From IMG/VR virus record IMGVR_UViG_2925891887_000001: a stretch of DNA of 64,000 nt; one strand, 5' to 3'. Position 1 is the first letter of the stretch. Every line of letters starts with the position of its first letter. The notes under the pieces were generated by a model. The model did not search any database and was not told the DNA's origin. It worked only from the letters and a program-made list of their open reading frames with translations. A program made the position numbers and the translations under genes. Source of the DNA: a virus (lineage: Duplodnaviria > Heunggongvirae > Uroviricota > Caudoviricetes). Below are positions 52,601 to 62,342 of the stretch, one piece after another.

Positions 52601-54261
52601 CAGCTAACGCCTCGCAGCGTGCGGCCAAGAAGGAACAGGCAGCGCAACAGAAACTGGCAGCCGGATACCAGAAGGCTCTGGACAAAGCCGATCAGCTTAT
52701 GGGGCAAATGGGTGAAAGCTCTAAGGCTACGGTATCGTTTGATCAGTCTCTTCGCGATACAACGAAATCGCTGACAGATTTGGCTAATGCGGTTCCTAAC
52801 GAGTTCATCACTCAAGAGATGATCGACAAGGCGAAAAAACGTCTTGAAGACCTCAAAAATGCGACACCTGAATATCGCGAGATGTTTAATCGCCGCAATG
52901 TTGAGCAGATGATCTCCACCTGGGCACCGGAGGCGGATTCCATTATTAGTGCTGGCTATACGCCGTCTCGCGAAGAGAAAGTTGCTGATTTCGAAGACAC
53001 CTACAACCGCAATCTCAAAGCGTTGATAGAACTTCGTGATAAGGCGTCTGATCCTAAAGTTGTGGCGCTTTATACAAAGAAAATCAATCAACTGATTGCT
53101 GCTGGCAATACCGCGCTTATTAAAGAGACGGGGACTGCGACGCAGAAGTTGGCACTGGAATACGAAAACCTGGCAGAGCAGATCGAAAGCACCTGGACTG
53201 ATTTGTTTAGTGGCTTAACTGATGTCCTGACTGATTTCGTTATTAACGGGAAGATGAGCTTCTCCAGCCTATCTCAGTCCATTTTGAAAGATATCACCAA
53301 TATGGTCGTGAAGTCGCAAATCACGCTGCCTCTAATGAACATGTTGGGGATGGGAACCACCGCAGCTGGTAGTTCACAGAGTGGCAATTTGCTCACTGGA
53401 GTTGCTTCTGCCGTTGCCAATCAAGGTGTACGAATGGGCAACACTGTTAATGGCGACAAGTCGGTAGGAGAAGCCACGAAGGAGACGTCCAGTTCGGTAA
53501 CTGGATTGGGGCAAACAACACAGCAGACCACCAGCGCAATTGGCACAGCAACAAATGCGATTGGTAGCTGGGTATCGGGGCTATTTGATAGCACCGAAGC
53601 CAAAGATGCTGAGACAAAAGCAGTGAAGGACTCCATCTTCTCGATGCAGAACCTCAGCTCTGTTACCGGCGCTCTGTCTGCCGCGTTTGCAATGCTTGGA
53701 GCTAATGCTTCCGGCTCTGGTAATAAGTGGTTGAATTTCGGCGCGACAGTTGCATCTGGTTTGGTTTCAGTATGGGCTGGTGGTGGATTCGATGGATTGA
53801 TGTCCGGTTCTTCTGGCTCAACTTCCGGGTTCAACAATCTGACCAGTTCTGCTGCCGATGGCACGAATGGTATTCCTGCAATTCCGAAGTTTGCAAATGG
53901 TGGCATATTCGGAAAAGACGGCGTGATCCCGCTCCGGGCATACCAGAAAGGCGGTATCGCCAACTCACCTCAATTGGCGTTGTTTGGGGAAGGCGATATG
54001 AATGAGGCGTATGTTCCATTGCCTGATGGCCGAACAATCCCTGTAACGCTCAGTACCGATGGTATGAGTGGAGGCGGAAATGTTCTTTCTCCTGTATCAA
54101 TTGAGATCAACGTCCATAGTGACGGTAGCACGACAGAATCCGGCGATACAGAAAGCATATGGAACAATGCCGCTCAACGGATGAAAGCAATCGCGCTTGA
54201 GACTATCGCTCAAGAGAAACGCCCTGGCGGATCACTCAACCCAAACACTCAACGTAACTAA
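49687..54261 (+). CDS. tail tape measure protein
   Basis: About 1524 aa with long helical regions, hydrophobic central segments and a Gly-rich C-terminal part. Position is canonical. Confidence 0.9.
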   Translation: MSQNVEFILSLEDKQFTASIDRAGKLLTRFGEQVTKPAQKIQTFERSLGSVARIIGVLESKLDSTADKLQDVAAGFELASDATRKMRGNITSLNSGLKALIERVDTTTSSVDKLTASLRKVQSELNDFSDWATYASKSASRFGTEVKEASASVSGMNTRLNTTTKRLSNWGVSTSQAAEGLKKVREQMDEVIGRQQLISKPVRVRTSGGSDGGSGRRSGSGHSGKSNEGGMFSGLRGNIFLLGEIGDAARTVTDIMFGWQKPIVEAAAEMERMRVMLRGLNKEKSNPGQAAADDMKYIVDMAQNAPFAMQALTDSFVKFRSAGLDPTDGSLKALVDSVARFGGDSELLKRAAVAVQQMSGKGVVSMEELRQQLGEAVPNAMQAMADAAGITMGELTKAVASGTVEAKQALSLMFVGLRAENENAAKDMMQTYTGALAQLQTSFTLFADRVGQAGYLDSLSKGMKELASIMNSAEGISFANSLGSGLTTAIDGLRQLAQWLAKNQELVINLGKVVAAMVAFKLMRAGIMGVVGAGSQMVSTFATMATAIQTPFNLGATAVTRFNRAARMGLAPIPSLIFAIRGAITGLKGAFAGLTAFIAANPIGAAFTVATVAVAGLITYMTMLRSETSKVVDEIRKIPEAMTAAKRAQMAEYKARLEQQITQKEQELKSGEKVVYGPGMAGTTVKINQDERKRIENELNDLREKRDKTTGAIERGDTAVAKRLAKDAAESQIEKIREENRDFAATFAKARQEALDKIQKINDDGSLSDDEKNKLLAPLRETVNKSYLEPAQKLVDSLSSRKNATEKQIATLNDQLEKAKKDGNTEQIQKLQGSIRGYQEHLEAVAQELTQAEFERDNAAKTGKGVMSNQGTVLGLGTTDKAAQKALAQYMRNQMDSATYQRTLPDGTPMMDFEGKPIIGPKQLKTQLNLQKASSASSLEKMSDEERAAAIAALTKAREQDAAAAEKAAQRSANASQRAAKKEQAAQQKLAAGYQKALDKADQLMGQMGESSKATVSFDQSLRDTTKSLTDLANAVPNEFITQEMIDKAKKRLEDLKNATPEYREMFNRRNVEQMISTWAPEADSIISAGYTPSREEKVADFEDTYNRNLKALIELRDKASDPKVVALYTKKINQLIAAGNTALIKETGTATQKLALEYENLAEQIESTWTDLFSGLTDVLTDFVINGKMSFSSLSQSILKDITNMVVKSQITLPLMNMLGMGTTAAGSSQSGNLLTGVASAVANQGVRMGNTVNGDKSVGEATKETSSSVTGLGQTTQQTTSAIGTATNAIGSWVSGLFDSTEAKDAETKAVKDSIFSMQNLSSVTGALSAAFAMLGANASGSGNKWLNFGATVASGLVSVWAGGGFDGLMSGSSGSTSGFNNLTSSAADGTNGIPAIPKFANGGIFGKDGVIPLRAYQKGGIANSPQLALFGEGDMNEAYVPLPDGRTIPVTLSTDGMSGGGNVLSPVSIEINVHSDGSTTESGDTESIWNNAAQRMKAIALETIAQEKRPGGSLNPNTQRN

Positions 54262-54459
54262 CTATCGACTGCCCCGACCGGGGCAGTCTCACAAGGATGT
54301 GAGATGGAAAGACAAACGTTTAATTGGTATCCAGATTACGAATCTGAAAAGAGCGTAAAACCGAATGTAACGGTACTTAATTTTGGTGATGACTACGAGC
54401 AGCGACAGGCTCAAGGTCTTAATCGTATTAAAGAAGAATGGTCGGGTAATGACTCCAAC

Positions 54460-54963
54460 TTATTGATAGTGTTTTATGTTCAGATAATGCCCGATGACTT
54501 TGTCATGCAGCTCCACCGATTTTGAGAACGACAGCGACTTCCGTCCCAGCCGTGCCAGGTGCTGCCTCAGATTCAGGTTATGCCGCTCAATTCGCTGCGT
54601 ATATCGCTTGCTGATTACGTGCAGCTTTCCCTTCAGGCGGGATTCATACAGCGGCCAGCCATCCGTCATCCATATCACCACGTCAAAGGGTGACAGCAGG
54701 CTCATAAGACGCCCCAGCGTCGCCATAGTGCGTTCACCGAATACGTGCGCAACAACCGTCTTCCGGAGCCTGTCATACGCGTAAAACAGCCAGCGCTGGC
54801 GCGATTTAGCCCCGACATAGCCCCACTGTTCGTCCATTTCCGCGCAGACGATGACGTCACTGCCCGGCTGTATGCGCGAGGTTACCGACTGCGGCCTGAG
54901 TTTTTTAAGTGACGTAAAATCGTGTTGAGGCCAACGCCCATAATGCGGGCAGTTGCCCGGCAT
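54460..54963 (-). CDS. insB: IS1 InsB' (expressed as InsAB' by a -1 frameshift)
   Basis: 167-aa ORF overlapping the insA end. The A6C slippery run (TTTTTT on the plus strand near 54903) lies in the overlap. Confidence 0.9.
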
Positions 54964-55157
54964 CCAACGCCATTCATGGCCATATCAATGATTTTCTGGT
55001 GCGTACCGGGTTGAGAAGCGGTGTAAGTGAACTGCAGTTGCCATGTTTTACGGCAGTGAGAGCAGAGATAGCGCTGATGTCCGGCGGTGCTTTTGCCGTT
55101 ACGCACCACCCCGTCAGTAGCTGAACAGGAGGGACAGCTGATAGAAACAGAAGCCAC
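54882..55157 (-). CDS. insA: IS1 InsA
   Basis: [40 protein letters not shown]..., 91 aa. Confidence 0.95.
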
Positions 55158-55423
55158 TGGAGCACCTCAAAAACACCATCATACACTAAATCAGTAAGTT
55201 GGCAGCATCACCGAATGGTCGTTAACCTTTACCAGATCATACAACGAAATTAATGCAATCGATGACTTCCTGACTGAGCGAGCAGGCGTTGAGTCGTTCT
55301 ATTGGGTTAATCCAAGAGGAAAACGGATTGTAGTTGTATGTGACAGTCATACGGTCAAGCGATATCAGGGGTACTGTGTCTTAACTGCTACATTCAGACA
55401 AGTATTTGAGGCTTAAGTATCTG

Positions 55424-55448
55424 GATAAGTAAGTACTAATTTACTATC
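55424..55448. repeat. GTAAGTA-type palindrome (GATAAGTAAGTACTAATTTACTATC)
   Basis: Imperfect dyad between genes M and L. Confidence 0.6.
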
Positions 55449-55499
55449 ATTGTGGCGCTGACAGGATGTTAGCGCCTACTTATTTCAAGGATGAAACAA

Positions 55500-56197
55500 T
55501 GGGAATTAAAGCTGATATTCAGAGCTTATCTCCCTCTGCACTCATTGAGTTGTTCGTACTGGATATGTCGAACACAACTTCAGGGGGGAAGTTATTCTTC
55601 CACGCCGGAACAAACGAACTGATGCAACCTGTCGTCTGGCAAGGAGTGACATACGAGCCGTGGCCAATCAAAGCATCAGGCTTTGACAAAACTGGCCAGG
55701 GAACGTTGCCACGTCCAAAAATTCAGGTATCGAACTTTGCCGGAACCGTCTCTGCGGAAGTTCAGGCGAACGACGATCTTGTTGGCTGCCGCATTATTCG
55801 CAAGATGACGCTGGCTCGCTTCCTCGATGCCGTTAATTTTAAAGACGGCAACCCAACAGCAGATCCAAACCAACATTTCCCGGATGAAATGTGGTTTATC
55901 GAACAGAAAACGCTCGAAACTCATCAGGTTGTCGAGTTTGAGTTGTCCAGTGTGTTCGATTTGATGGGGGTGCAACTGCCGTATCGTCAGATCATTAAAA
56001 ACACCTGCCCGTGGAAATACCGAGGGCCAGAATGCGGCTATACCGGTCCATATTTCGACAAAAATAACCAGCAGACGTCTATGTCTGGTGCTGATTACTG
56101 CACAAAACGTTATGACGCCTGTAATGCGCGTCGGAATTATTTTGCCAACGGAGTGATCCATTTTGGCGGGTTTATTGGAGCTACGCGATATGGGTAA
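55500..56197 (+). CDS. minor tail protein L (lambda gpL-like)
   Basis: Collinear with lambda gpL as I recall it (WQG..Y.P.PI...GF, ARFLDAVNF, NTC.W.YRG.ECGY.GP, C-terminal Cys cluster). ATG 55500 follows AAGGA. Confidence 0.85.
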
Positions 56198-56987
56198 TAA
56201 AGCAATCCCTGAGCTTGGCTCTGATGTTATGCAGCAAATCTATCTCTGCGCCATAAATCGCTACCCTAATGAAGCGTGTGGCTTTCTGGTGAGAACTAAT
56301 GGCGACAAATATCGCTTTATGGAAGCGCGAAATGTTTCGGAGAACCCGCAGAACACTTTTGTAATGCACGTTGACGACATTATAGCGGCAGAGGATGCAG
56401 GTGACGTAATCGCAATCTGGCATTCACATACTGATGAATCAGCAGAAGCATCTGATGCCGATCGTGCAGGCTGTGAAGCGACGGAAGTTCCGTGGATGAT
56501 TCTGGCTATTCGCAAGAATGTTGAGGGAGATGCCCCTTTCCATTTTAGCGAGATGAATGTGATCACACCTGATGGTTTCGAAATGCCATACCTGGGTAGA
56601 CCGTATGTATTTGGCGTATTCGATTGCTGGATGTTGTGTCGGGACTATTTGAAGCGTGAGTTTAACGTCGAGCTTAACCCGAACGCACACCTGCATATTC
56701 CATCGTGGTACACCGGCGATAACGACATTCTCGACCAGAACTACCGAAACGAAGGGTTGGTACGGCTTGCGCCTGGAACAGAGCCTCAACGTGGGGACGT
56801 CTTCTTTATTCAATACGGGAAAATGCCAGATCACTGCGCGGTTTATATCGGCGATGGAATGATTCTTCATCACCAGATCGACCGTCTTAGTTGTCGTGCT
56901 TATTACGGCGGAATGTATCAGAAACATACGACGCATCACTTGCGTCACAGAGACTTGCTCAAGGGAGATGAGACGTGTCTGAGTTAG
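56190..56987 (+). CDS. tail tip assembly protein K (MPN/JAB plus NlpC/P60 domains)
   Basis: EACGFLV...IWHSHTDESAEASDAD (JAMM-like), then FDCWMLCRDY (NlpC/P60 Cys). Overlaps the L stop. Confidence 0.8.
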   Translation: MGNKAIPELGSDVMQQIYLCAINRYPNEACGFLVRTNGDKYRFMEARNVSENPQNTFVMHVDDIIAAEDAGDVIAIWHSHTDESAEASDADRAGCEATEVPWMILAIRKNVEGDAPFHFSEMNVITPDGFEMPYLGRPYVFGVFDCWMLCRDYLKREFNVELNPNAHLHIPSWYTGDNDILDQNYRNEGLVRLAPGTEPQRGDVFFIQYGKMPDHCAVYIGDGMILHHQIDRLSCRAYYGGMYQKHTTHHLRHRDLLKGDETCLS

Positions 56988-57568
56988 TTCATGTGCAGCT
57001 TGGCGGACCTATGGCTAAACATTTTGGTCGCCACTGGCATCTAAAGGTGCGCAATACAAAACAGGCTCTGGATTTAATTGAAGCCAACAAGCCTGGGTTT
57101 AAAGCATGGATGAAGCGCAATATCAAAACCTATGACAGTTACCACATCCAGATCACCAATAAACAGGGCCACAAGTGGTCTGTTGACGAAAGTGAATATC
57201 AGATGATGGGGCAGTCTGACAACATTGCCAAAATCCGCATTACACCTGTTCCGCGAGGAAGCGGTGGATCTGCTTTTGGGTGGTTTCAGACGGTAGTAGG
57301 GGCCGCTTTGTTGGTTGTATCGGCGGTAGTGATGCCTGCTTTAGCACCTCTCGGTTTGTCACTGATGATGGGCGGCATATCACAAATCATATCGCCGCAA
57401 GCCACTAACGAAAGTGTGAGACAGGCAGATAACTCGAACTCTTATTATTTCGACGGCCCTCAAAATACAGAAAACCAGGGCAACCCAGTACAACTTATCT
57501 ATGGCGAGGAAATTCTGGTTGGCTCACAGGTTGTGAGTTCTTCAATCACGATTGACCAGCTAATGTAA
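56975..57568 (+). CDS. tail assembly protein I (lambda gpI-like)
   Basis: Lies between K and J. Hydrophobic segment GWFQTVVGAALLVVSAVVMPALAPLGLSLMMGG and C-terminal PVQLIYGE. Confidence 0.75.
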   Translation: MSELVHVQLGGPMAKHFGRHWHLKVRNTKQALDLIEANKPGFKAWMKRNIKTYDSYHIQITNKQGHKWSVDESEYQMMGQSDNIAKIRITPVPRGSGGSAFGWFQTVVGAALLVVSAVVMPALAPLGLSLMMGGISQIISPQATNESVRQADNSNSYYFDGPQNTENQGNPVQLIYGEEILVGSQVVSSSITIDQLM

Positions 57569-57585
57569 ACAAGGATTTTTTGAAC

Positions 57586-60500
57586 ATGGAACAGTTCAAG
57601 AAGAAAAAGCTACCGCTGTTTATTGCCGGTGCGGGTGGTAAAAAAAGCAGCAAAAGCTCTAGTCGTACACCGGTTGAAGCCGACGATACCGTAAATTCTC
57701 GTGCAATGGCCGCTATCCTCGATCTTCTTGGGGAAGGGGTAATTGGCGGCTTAGTAAATGGCGCAAGATCTATTTTTATCGACGATCTGCCGATTGTAAA
57801 TGAAGACGGTTCCTCCAACTTCAGCGGAATCACATGGGATTTTCGCGACGGTTCACAAGACCAGACTCCAATGTCTGGCTTTGATTTCGTTGAAACGCCT
57901 AAATCCGTCAATATCCAGTTAAAAAAAACACATTATGTAACGGTTTCAATCGATAACGATGAAGCTGATCGGGTTCGTGTCATCATGAAGTTTCCTTCTT
58001 TGCGAAGCATAGATAAAAAAACTGGTGACACGAACGGTACGACTGTTGAGTACAAGTTCCAGATAGCAAATGGCGACTCAACATTTGTAGATGTGGTCGC
58101 GGAAGGTGAAAAAAGCGTTGGCATTAAGCTAACAGCAAAGAAGACCGGCGTTTATTACCGTAGCTACGAGCTGAAGCTGCCTAAGCCTGGACGCGCATAC
58201 AAGGTTCGTGTAGTCCGTATTACCGATGATAACAGTAGCCAGTATCTCTATAACGATACATGGGTGGATTCAATCGGGGAAATTGTCGATACACCGATGA
58301 ACTATCCAAACTCTGTTTTGGTTGGATTGAAGGTAAACTCTGAGCAATTCGGCAGCACCATGCCATCTCGCTCTTATCTGGTGCGTGGCCTAAAAATTCG
58401 AGTACCTTCAAACTATAACGAGTCCAGTAACACTTACGCTGGGGTATGGGATGGCACTTTTAAGCTGTTGTCTTCTTCGAACCCCGCGTGGATTCTCTTT
58501 GATTTGCTGACCAATGCTCGATATGGCCTTGGTCAGTATGTGTCGGAATCTATGATTGACCTTGGCCAGTTGTACCAGATTGGTCGATATTGTGACGAAG
58601 AGGTCGATGATGGCTTTGGTGGCAAAGAGAAACGCTTTGCAATCAATACGCAGATCACCAGTCGACAGGACGCATACCGGCTAATTCAGGATATTGCCGG
58701 AGCATTCCGCGGCATGGTGTTTTGGGCTGGTGGGATGGTTAACATCATGCAGGATAGCCCATCAGATCCGGTAATGATGTTTACCAACTCTAACGTCAAA
58801 GATGGATTGTTTACCTATAAAGGTTCTGCGCGTAAAGATCGCCCATCCGTTGCGCTCGTAACCTACAACAACAAGGAGGACGGTTATAAGCAAAACATCG
58901 AGTACGTCGAAGATCAGGACGCAATGCGCCGTTATGGTGAGCGTAAAACAGAAGTCGTAGCATTTGGCTGTACAAGCCGAGGGCAGGCTCACCGAGTTGG
59001 TTTGTGGCTTTTATATACCGCCAGAATGGAGTCGGATGTAATTACATTTACTGCCGGCTTAGACGCGTCATTTCTGATGCCTGGTGAAACCGTTCTGATT
59101 CAGAACAAATATCGCGCAGGCAAACGTAACTCAGGTCGAATTGTGGCGTTTACCAAAAACAGCGTCACACTCGATGCGCCTGTGTCGTTAGCCAAAGGCG
59201 GCTGCTTTATTCGAATACTGAATCAGGAAGGCAAAATCGTTGAACGCGATGTTCTTGAAACTGGCGAAAATATAACAAAAGTTACGTTTTCAAAAGCCCT
59301 GTCTTCGGCTGAAACGCCTGTTTTGAACGGCGTCTGGACTATTACAGAACCAGACCTCGAACCTATGCGCGTTCGCATCGTTAACATCGCGCAGGGGGAA
59401 ACGCCGGGTAGCTTTGACATCACCGCTGTTGAGAACAATCCGTCTAAATATGAGGCAATCGACAATGGTGCAACGCTGATCCCACAGAATACGACGGTAT
59501 TGGACCCAACTTACTCCAAGCCATCTAATCTGCAAATCACTGAAGGGACTTATCTCTCAAGCCCGGGCAACCTGTCAGTAAAACTGACTGCAACATGGGA
59601 AGGGAAATCTCCAGAGTATTGGATCAGTTGGCGACGTTCTGATGAAAACAATGTATCGAACTGGCAATCGGCGCGTGTAACCGAAGAGCAATACGAAATC
59701 GTTAATGTCGCGGAGAATGGACGCTACGACTTCCAGCTGTATGCGGTTTCATTCAACGGTAAAAAAACAGAGATTATCAGTACCGTTTATCAGGTGTTGG
59801 GCACAATGACACCGCCGGATGCCCCAACGTCATTAACGGCCGTTGGAGACTATCGTAATGTGATACTGAATTGGGTTAATCCAGATTCGGTAGACCTTGA
59901 TCACATTAATGTTTACGCATCCCAGACCAACAATCTGGATACGGCGAAACTGATCGCAGAGTCTGCAAGCACCACCTTTACACATGCTGGTCTTGGGGAT
60001 AGCGAAACGTGGTATTACTGGGTTCGAGCATCGAACAAGCGAGGTATGTTAAGTCCTCCGAACTCAAACTTGGGTACAGAGGCGACAACTCGCGATGTAC
60101 TGTCGTTCCTGACTGGCAAAATTACATCTTCCGAGCTTGGTCAGGCTCTGCTTGAGGACATCAACAGCAAAGCCTCTCAAGAAGCAGTTGACGAGTTAAA
60201 TGAGCATATCAACCAGAGCGTCGAATCTTTGGAGGGGGCGGTAAACGACGTTAAGGAAGATATAGCTGAATTAGATAAGCAGTTCAGCGATAACCTCGCG
60301 GATTTTGAAATAAAATTCAACGAGCGTAGCGATGCTTTGGAGAACGCACAAACCGAGCTTAAAGGTGAGGTTTCGGCAACGATCGACAAGGTCAATGAAG
60401 CGTTTGAAAAAATTGATGCTACTGATGCTGCAATTGTTGAAATCGAAAACACCGTATCTGAACACGATAAAGCTCTCGCTAATACAGTCGAGGCAATAAA

Positions 60501-62313
60501 GGCTGCAAGAGATGAAGCGGCGGCTCTTATTGCTAAGGAAAGCGAGGCTCGTGTTGAAGGCGATGCTGCAAACGCTAAACAACTGGAAGTGTTGCAGTCA
60601 ACGGTAGAGGAAAGCTCCGCTGCCGTTGAAGAAATGAAAAAGACGGTTGCAGAGGTCGATCGTGCCAGTGCAGAACTGACTACGAACATTGAAGCGTTAG
60701 CTAAAACAAATATTGACCTGGCTCTTCGTCAAGATGAAGACCAGCACAAGCAGATGGTCAATAACGCGAAGATCGCAACAACACAGAAAACCTTTGCTGA
60801 TGATATGTCCGCAATGGCCACGAAGGTTGAGGAAATTCGCGTAGAAATTGGCGAAGACATTAAGGCCAGTATTCTGGAAGAGTCCACCGCTCGTGCCGAT
60901 GGCGATGAAGCGTTGGCAAAGCGTGTCACTCAGCTGCAATCTAAGTTTGAAGGAGATATCAGCGCGGCGATTAGTACAGAGCAGGAGGCTCGTACATCTG
61001 CCGATGAAGCTCTGACGACACAAATCACTCAGCTTGAGTCGAAAGTAAGCAACGATATCGTCGCAGCTATTAAGGAAGAGCAAGAAGCCCGAGCAACGGA
61101 AGATTCGGCTCTGGCAAGCCAGATCACCCAACTTCAGGCAAAAGTTGATGATGATATTTCTGCTGCAATACGCAGTGAGCAGGAGGCCCGAGCAAGCGGG
61201 GACTCTGCGTTAGCCAAACAAATAAACCAGCTTCAGTCAAAGGTTGACGGTGATATATCCGCTGCCATCACTCAGGAGCAGGAGGCCAGAGCAAGTGCTG
61301 ACCAGGCGCTCTCACGAGAAATTAACAGCCTGCGAGCACAAACCGGAACTGATATTGCCGCAGCGGTTGCTGTAGAGACAAAAGCAAGGACTGATGCCGA
61401 TAGTGCATTGTCTACCCAGATTACGTCTCTTACAGCAAAAGCTAATGATCTCAAGGCGTCTCTTGCCAGAGAAACAACGGCTCGTGCAGATGGTGATACC
61501 GCTTTAACAAAAGAGGTTTCAAGTTTAAAAGCACAGACAGCGAAAGATATTAGTGCGGCCGTTGCAGTTGAAACGCAGGCTCGAACTGATGCTGACTCGG
61601 CGTTGTCGTCTCAGATCACCAAGCTGACCTCTCAATACAAAGAGGATATTAAAGCGGCTGTAGCAACCGAAACGAAAACGCGTACAGAGCAAGATGCTGC
61701 ATTGGCGACTCAAATCACAAACTTAGAGTCTCAAACGGCAGCCAACATTTCCGCGGCGGTCACAACTGAAACGAAAGCGAGAACGCAGGCAGATAATGCT
61801 CTGAGTGGGCGAATCGATACTCTGAAAGCAGAGGTGAATGGAAATACCGCGACAATTCAACAGCAGGCAACAGCTATTGCTGATACCAACAAAAAAGTGT
61901 CAACCGCGTGGACGTTGAAAATGGAGACTTCAACGAGCGGAGGGCAGAAGTATGTTGCCGGTATTGCGCTTGGTATTGACACCACTGGGCTATCTCAGTT
62001 TTTGGTTCAGGCGGACAGGTTTGGTTTGGTCAACTCTGTTAACGGGAAGATCACAACGCCATTTGTTATCGAAAACAGTATCGCCTATATGAATGGAGCG
62101 TATATCAAGGATGGCACAATCACCAATGCAAAAGTAGGCGATCTGCAATCTACCAATTTTGTTAGCGGTAGATCTGGATGGCGGTTCGGCAAAAATGGAA
62201 CGCTTGAGATCAACGGTAATAGCGGCGGCAATGGGCGATTGGTTATAAATGGTCAGCGGATTGACGTTTATGACGATAACAACGTCCTACGAGTAAGAAT
62301 TGGCCGTCTGTGA
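57586..62313 (+). CDS. tail tip/host specificity protein J (lambda gpJ-like) with an extended coiled-coil repeat region
   Basis: N-terminus is collinear with lambda gpJ (TP.EA.D...S...A.I.D...EG.I.G). FN3-like segment near 59800-60060. Ten tandem repeats of about 33 aa at 60877-61850. ATG 57586 follows AAGGA. Confidence 0.9.
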   Translation: MEQFKKKKLPLFIAGAGGKKSSKSSSRTPVEADDTVNSRAMAAILDLLGEGVIGGLVNGARSIFIDDLPIVNEDGSSNFSGITWDFRDGSQDQTPMSGFDFVETPKSVNIQLKKTHYVTVSIDNDEADRVRVIMKFPSLRSIDKKTGDTNGTTVEYKFQIANGDSTFVDVVAEGEKSVGIKLTAKKTGVYYRSYELKLPKPGRAYKVRVVRITDDNSSQYLYNDTWVDSIGEIVDTPMNYPNSVLVGLKVNSEQFGSTMPSRSYLVRGLKIRVPSNYNESSNTYAGVWDGTFKLLSSSNPAWILFDLLTNARYGLGQYVSESMIDLGQLYQIGRYCDEEVDDGFGGKEKRFAINTQITSRQDAYRLIQDIAGAFRGMVFWAGGMVNIMQDSPSDPVMMFTNSNVKDGLFTYKGSARKDRPSVALVTYNNKEDGYKQNIEYVEDQDAMRRYGERKTEVVAFGCTSRGQAHRVGLWLLYTARMESDVITFTAGLDASFLMPGETVLIQNKYRAGKRNSGRIVAFTKNSVTLDAPVSLAKGGCFIRILNQEGKIVERDVLETGENITKVTFSKALSSAETPVLNGVWTITEPDLEPMRVRIVNIAQGETPGSFDITAVENNPSKYEAIDNGATLIPQNTTVLDPTYSKPSNLQITEGTYLSSPGNLSVKLTATWEGKSPEYWISWRRSDENNVSNWQSARVTEEQYEIVNVAENGRYDFQLYAVSFNGKKTEIISTVYQVLGTMTPPDAPTSLTAVGDYRNVILNWVNPDSVDLDHINVYASQTNNLDTAKLIAESASTTFTHAGLGDSETWYYWVRASNKRGMLSPPNSNLGTEATTRDVLSFLTGKITSSELGQALLEDINSKASQEAVDELNEHINQSVESLEGAVNDVKEDIAELDKQFSDNLADFEIKFNERSDALENAQTELKGEVSATIDKVNEAFEKIDATDAAIVEIENTVSEHDKALANTVEAIKAARDEAAALIAKESEARVEGDAANAKQLEVLQSTVEESSAAVEEMKKTVAEVDRASAELTTNIEALAKTNIDLALRQDEDQHKQMVNNAKIATTQKTFADDMSAMATKVEEIRVEIGEDIKASILEESTARADGDEALAKRVTQLQSKFEGDISAAISTEQEARTSADEALTTQITQLESKVSNDIVAAIKEEQEARATEDSALASQITQLQAKVDDDISAAIRSEQEARASGDSALAKQINQLQSKVDGDISAAITQEQEARASADQALSREINSLRAQTGTDIAAAVAVETKARTDADSALSTQITSLTAKANDLKASLARETTARADGDTALTKEVSSLKAQTAKDISAAVAVETQARTDADSALSSQITKLTSQYKEDIKAAVATETKTRTEQDAALATQITNLESQTAANISAAVTTETKARTQADNALSGRIDTLKAEVNGNTATIQQQATAIADTNKKVSTAWTLKMETSTSGGQKYVAGIALGIDTTGLSQFLVQADRFGLVNSVNGKITTPFVIENSIAYMNGAYIKDGTITNAKVGDLQSTNFVSGRSGWRFGKNGTLEINGNSGGNGRLVINGQRIDVYDDNNVLRVRIGRL

Positions 62314-62342
62314 TGGTGGAAAAAAAATTTTATATCGGTAAA

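Larger units (their letters stand above)
54445..55212 (-). mobile_element. complete IS1 (768 bp) with a 9-bp target site duplication
   Basis: Ends GGTAATGACTCC... and ...GCAGCATCACC (imperfect inverted repeats). insA and insB' are intact. GAATGGTCG occurs at both 54436-54444 and 55213-55221. Confidence 0.97.
54304..55416 (+). pseudogene. minor tail protein M (lambda gpM-like), disrupted by IS1
   Basis: Joining 54304-54444 to 55222-55416, after removing IS1 and one copy of the duplication, gives one 112-aa ORF. It ends ...IKEEWSLTFTRSYNEINAIDDFLTERAGVESFYWVNPRGKRIVVVCDSHTVKRYQGYCVLTATFRQVFEA and is collinear with lambda gpM. Confidence 0.85.
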
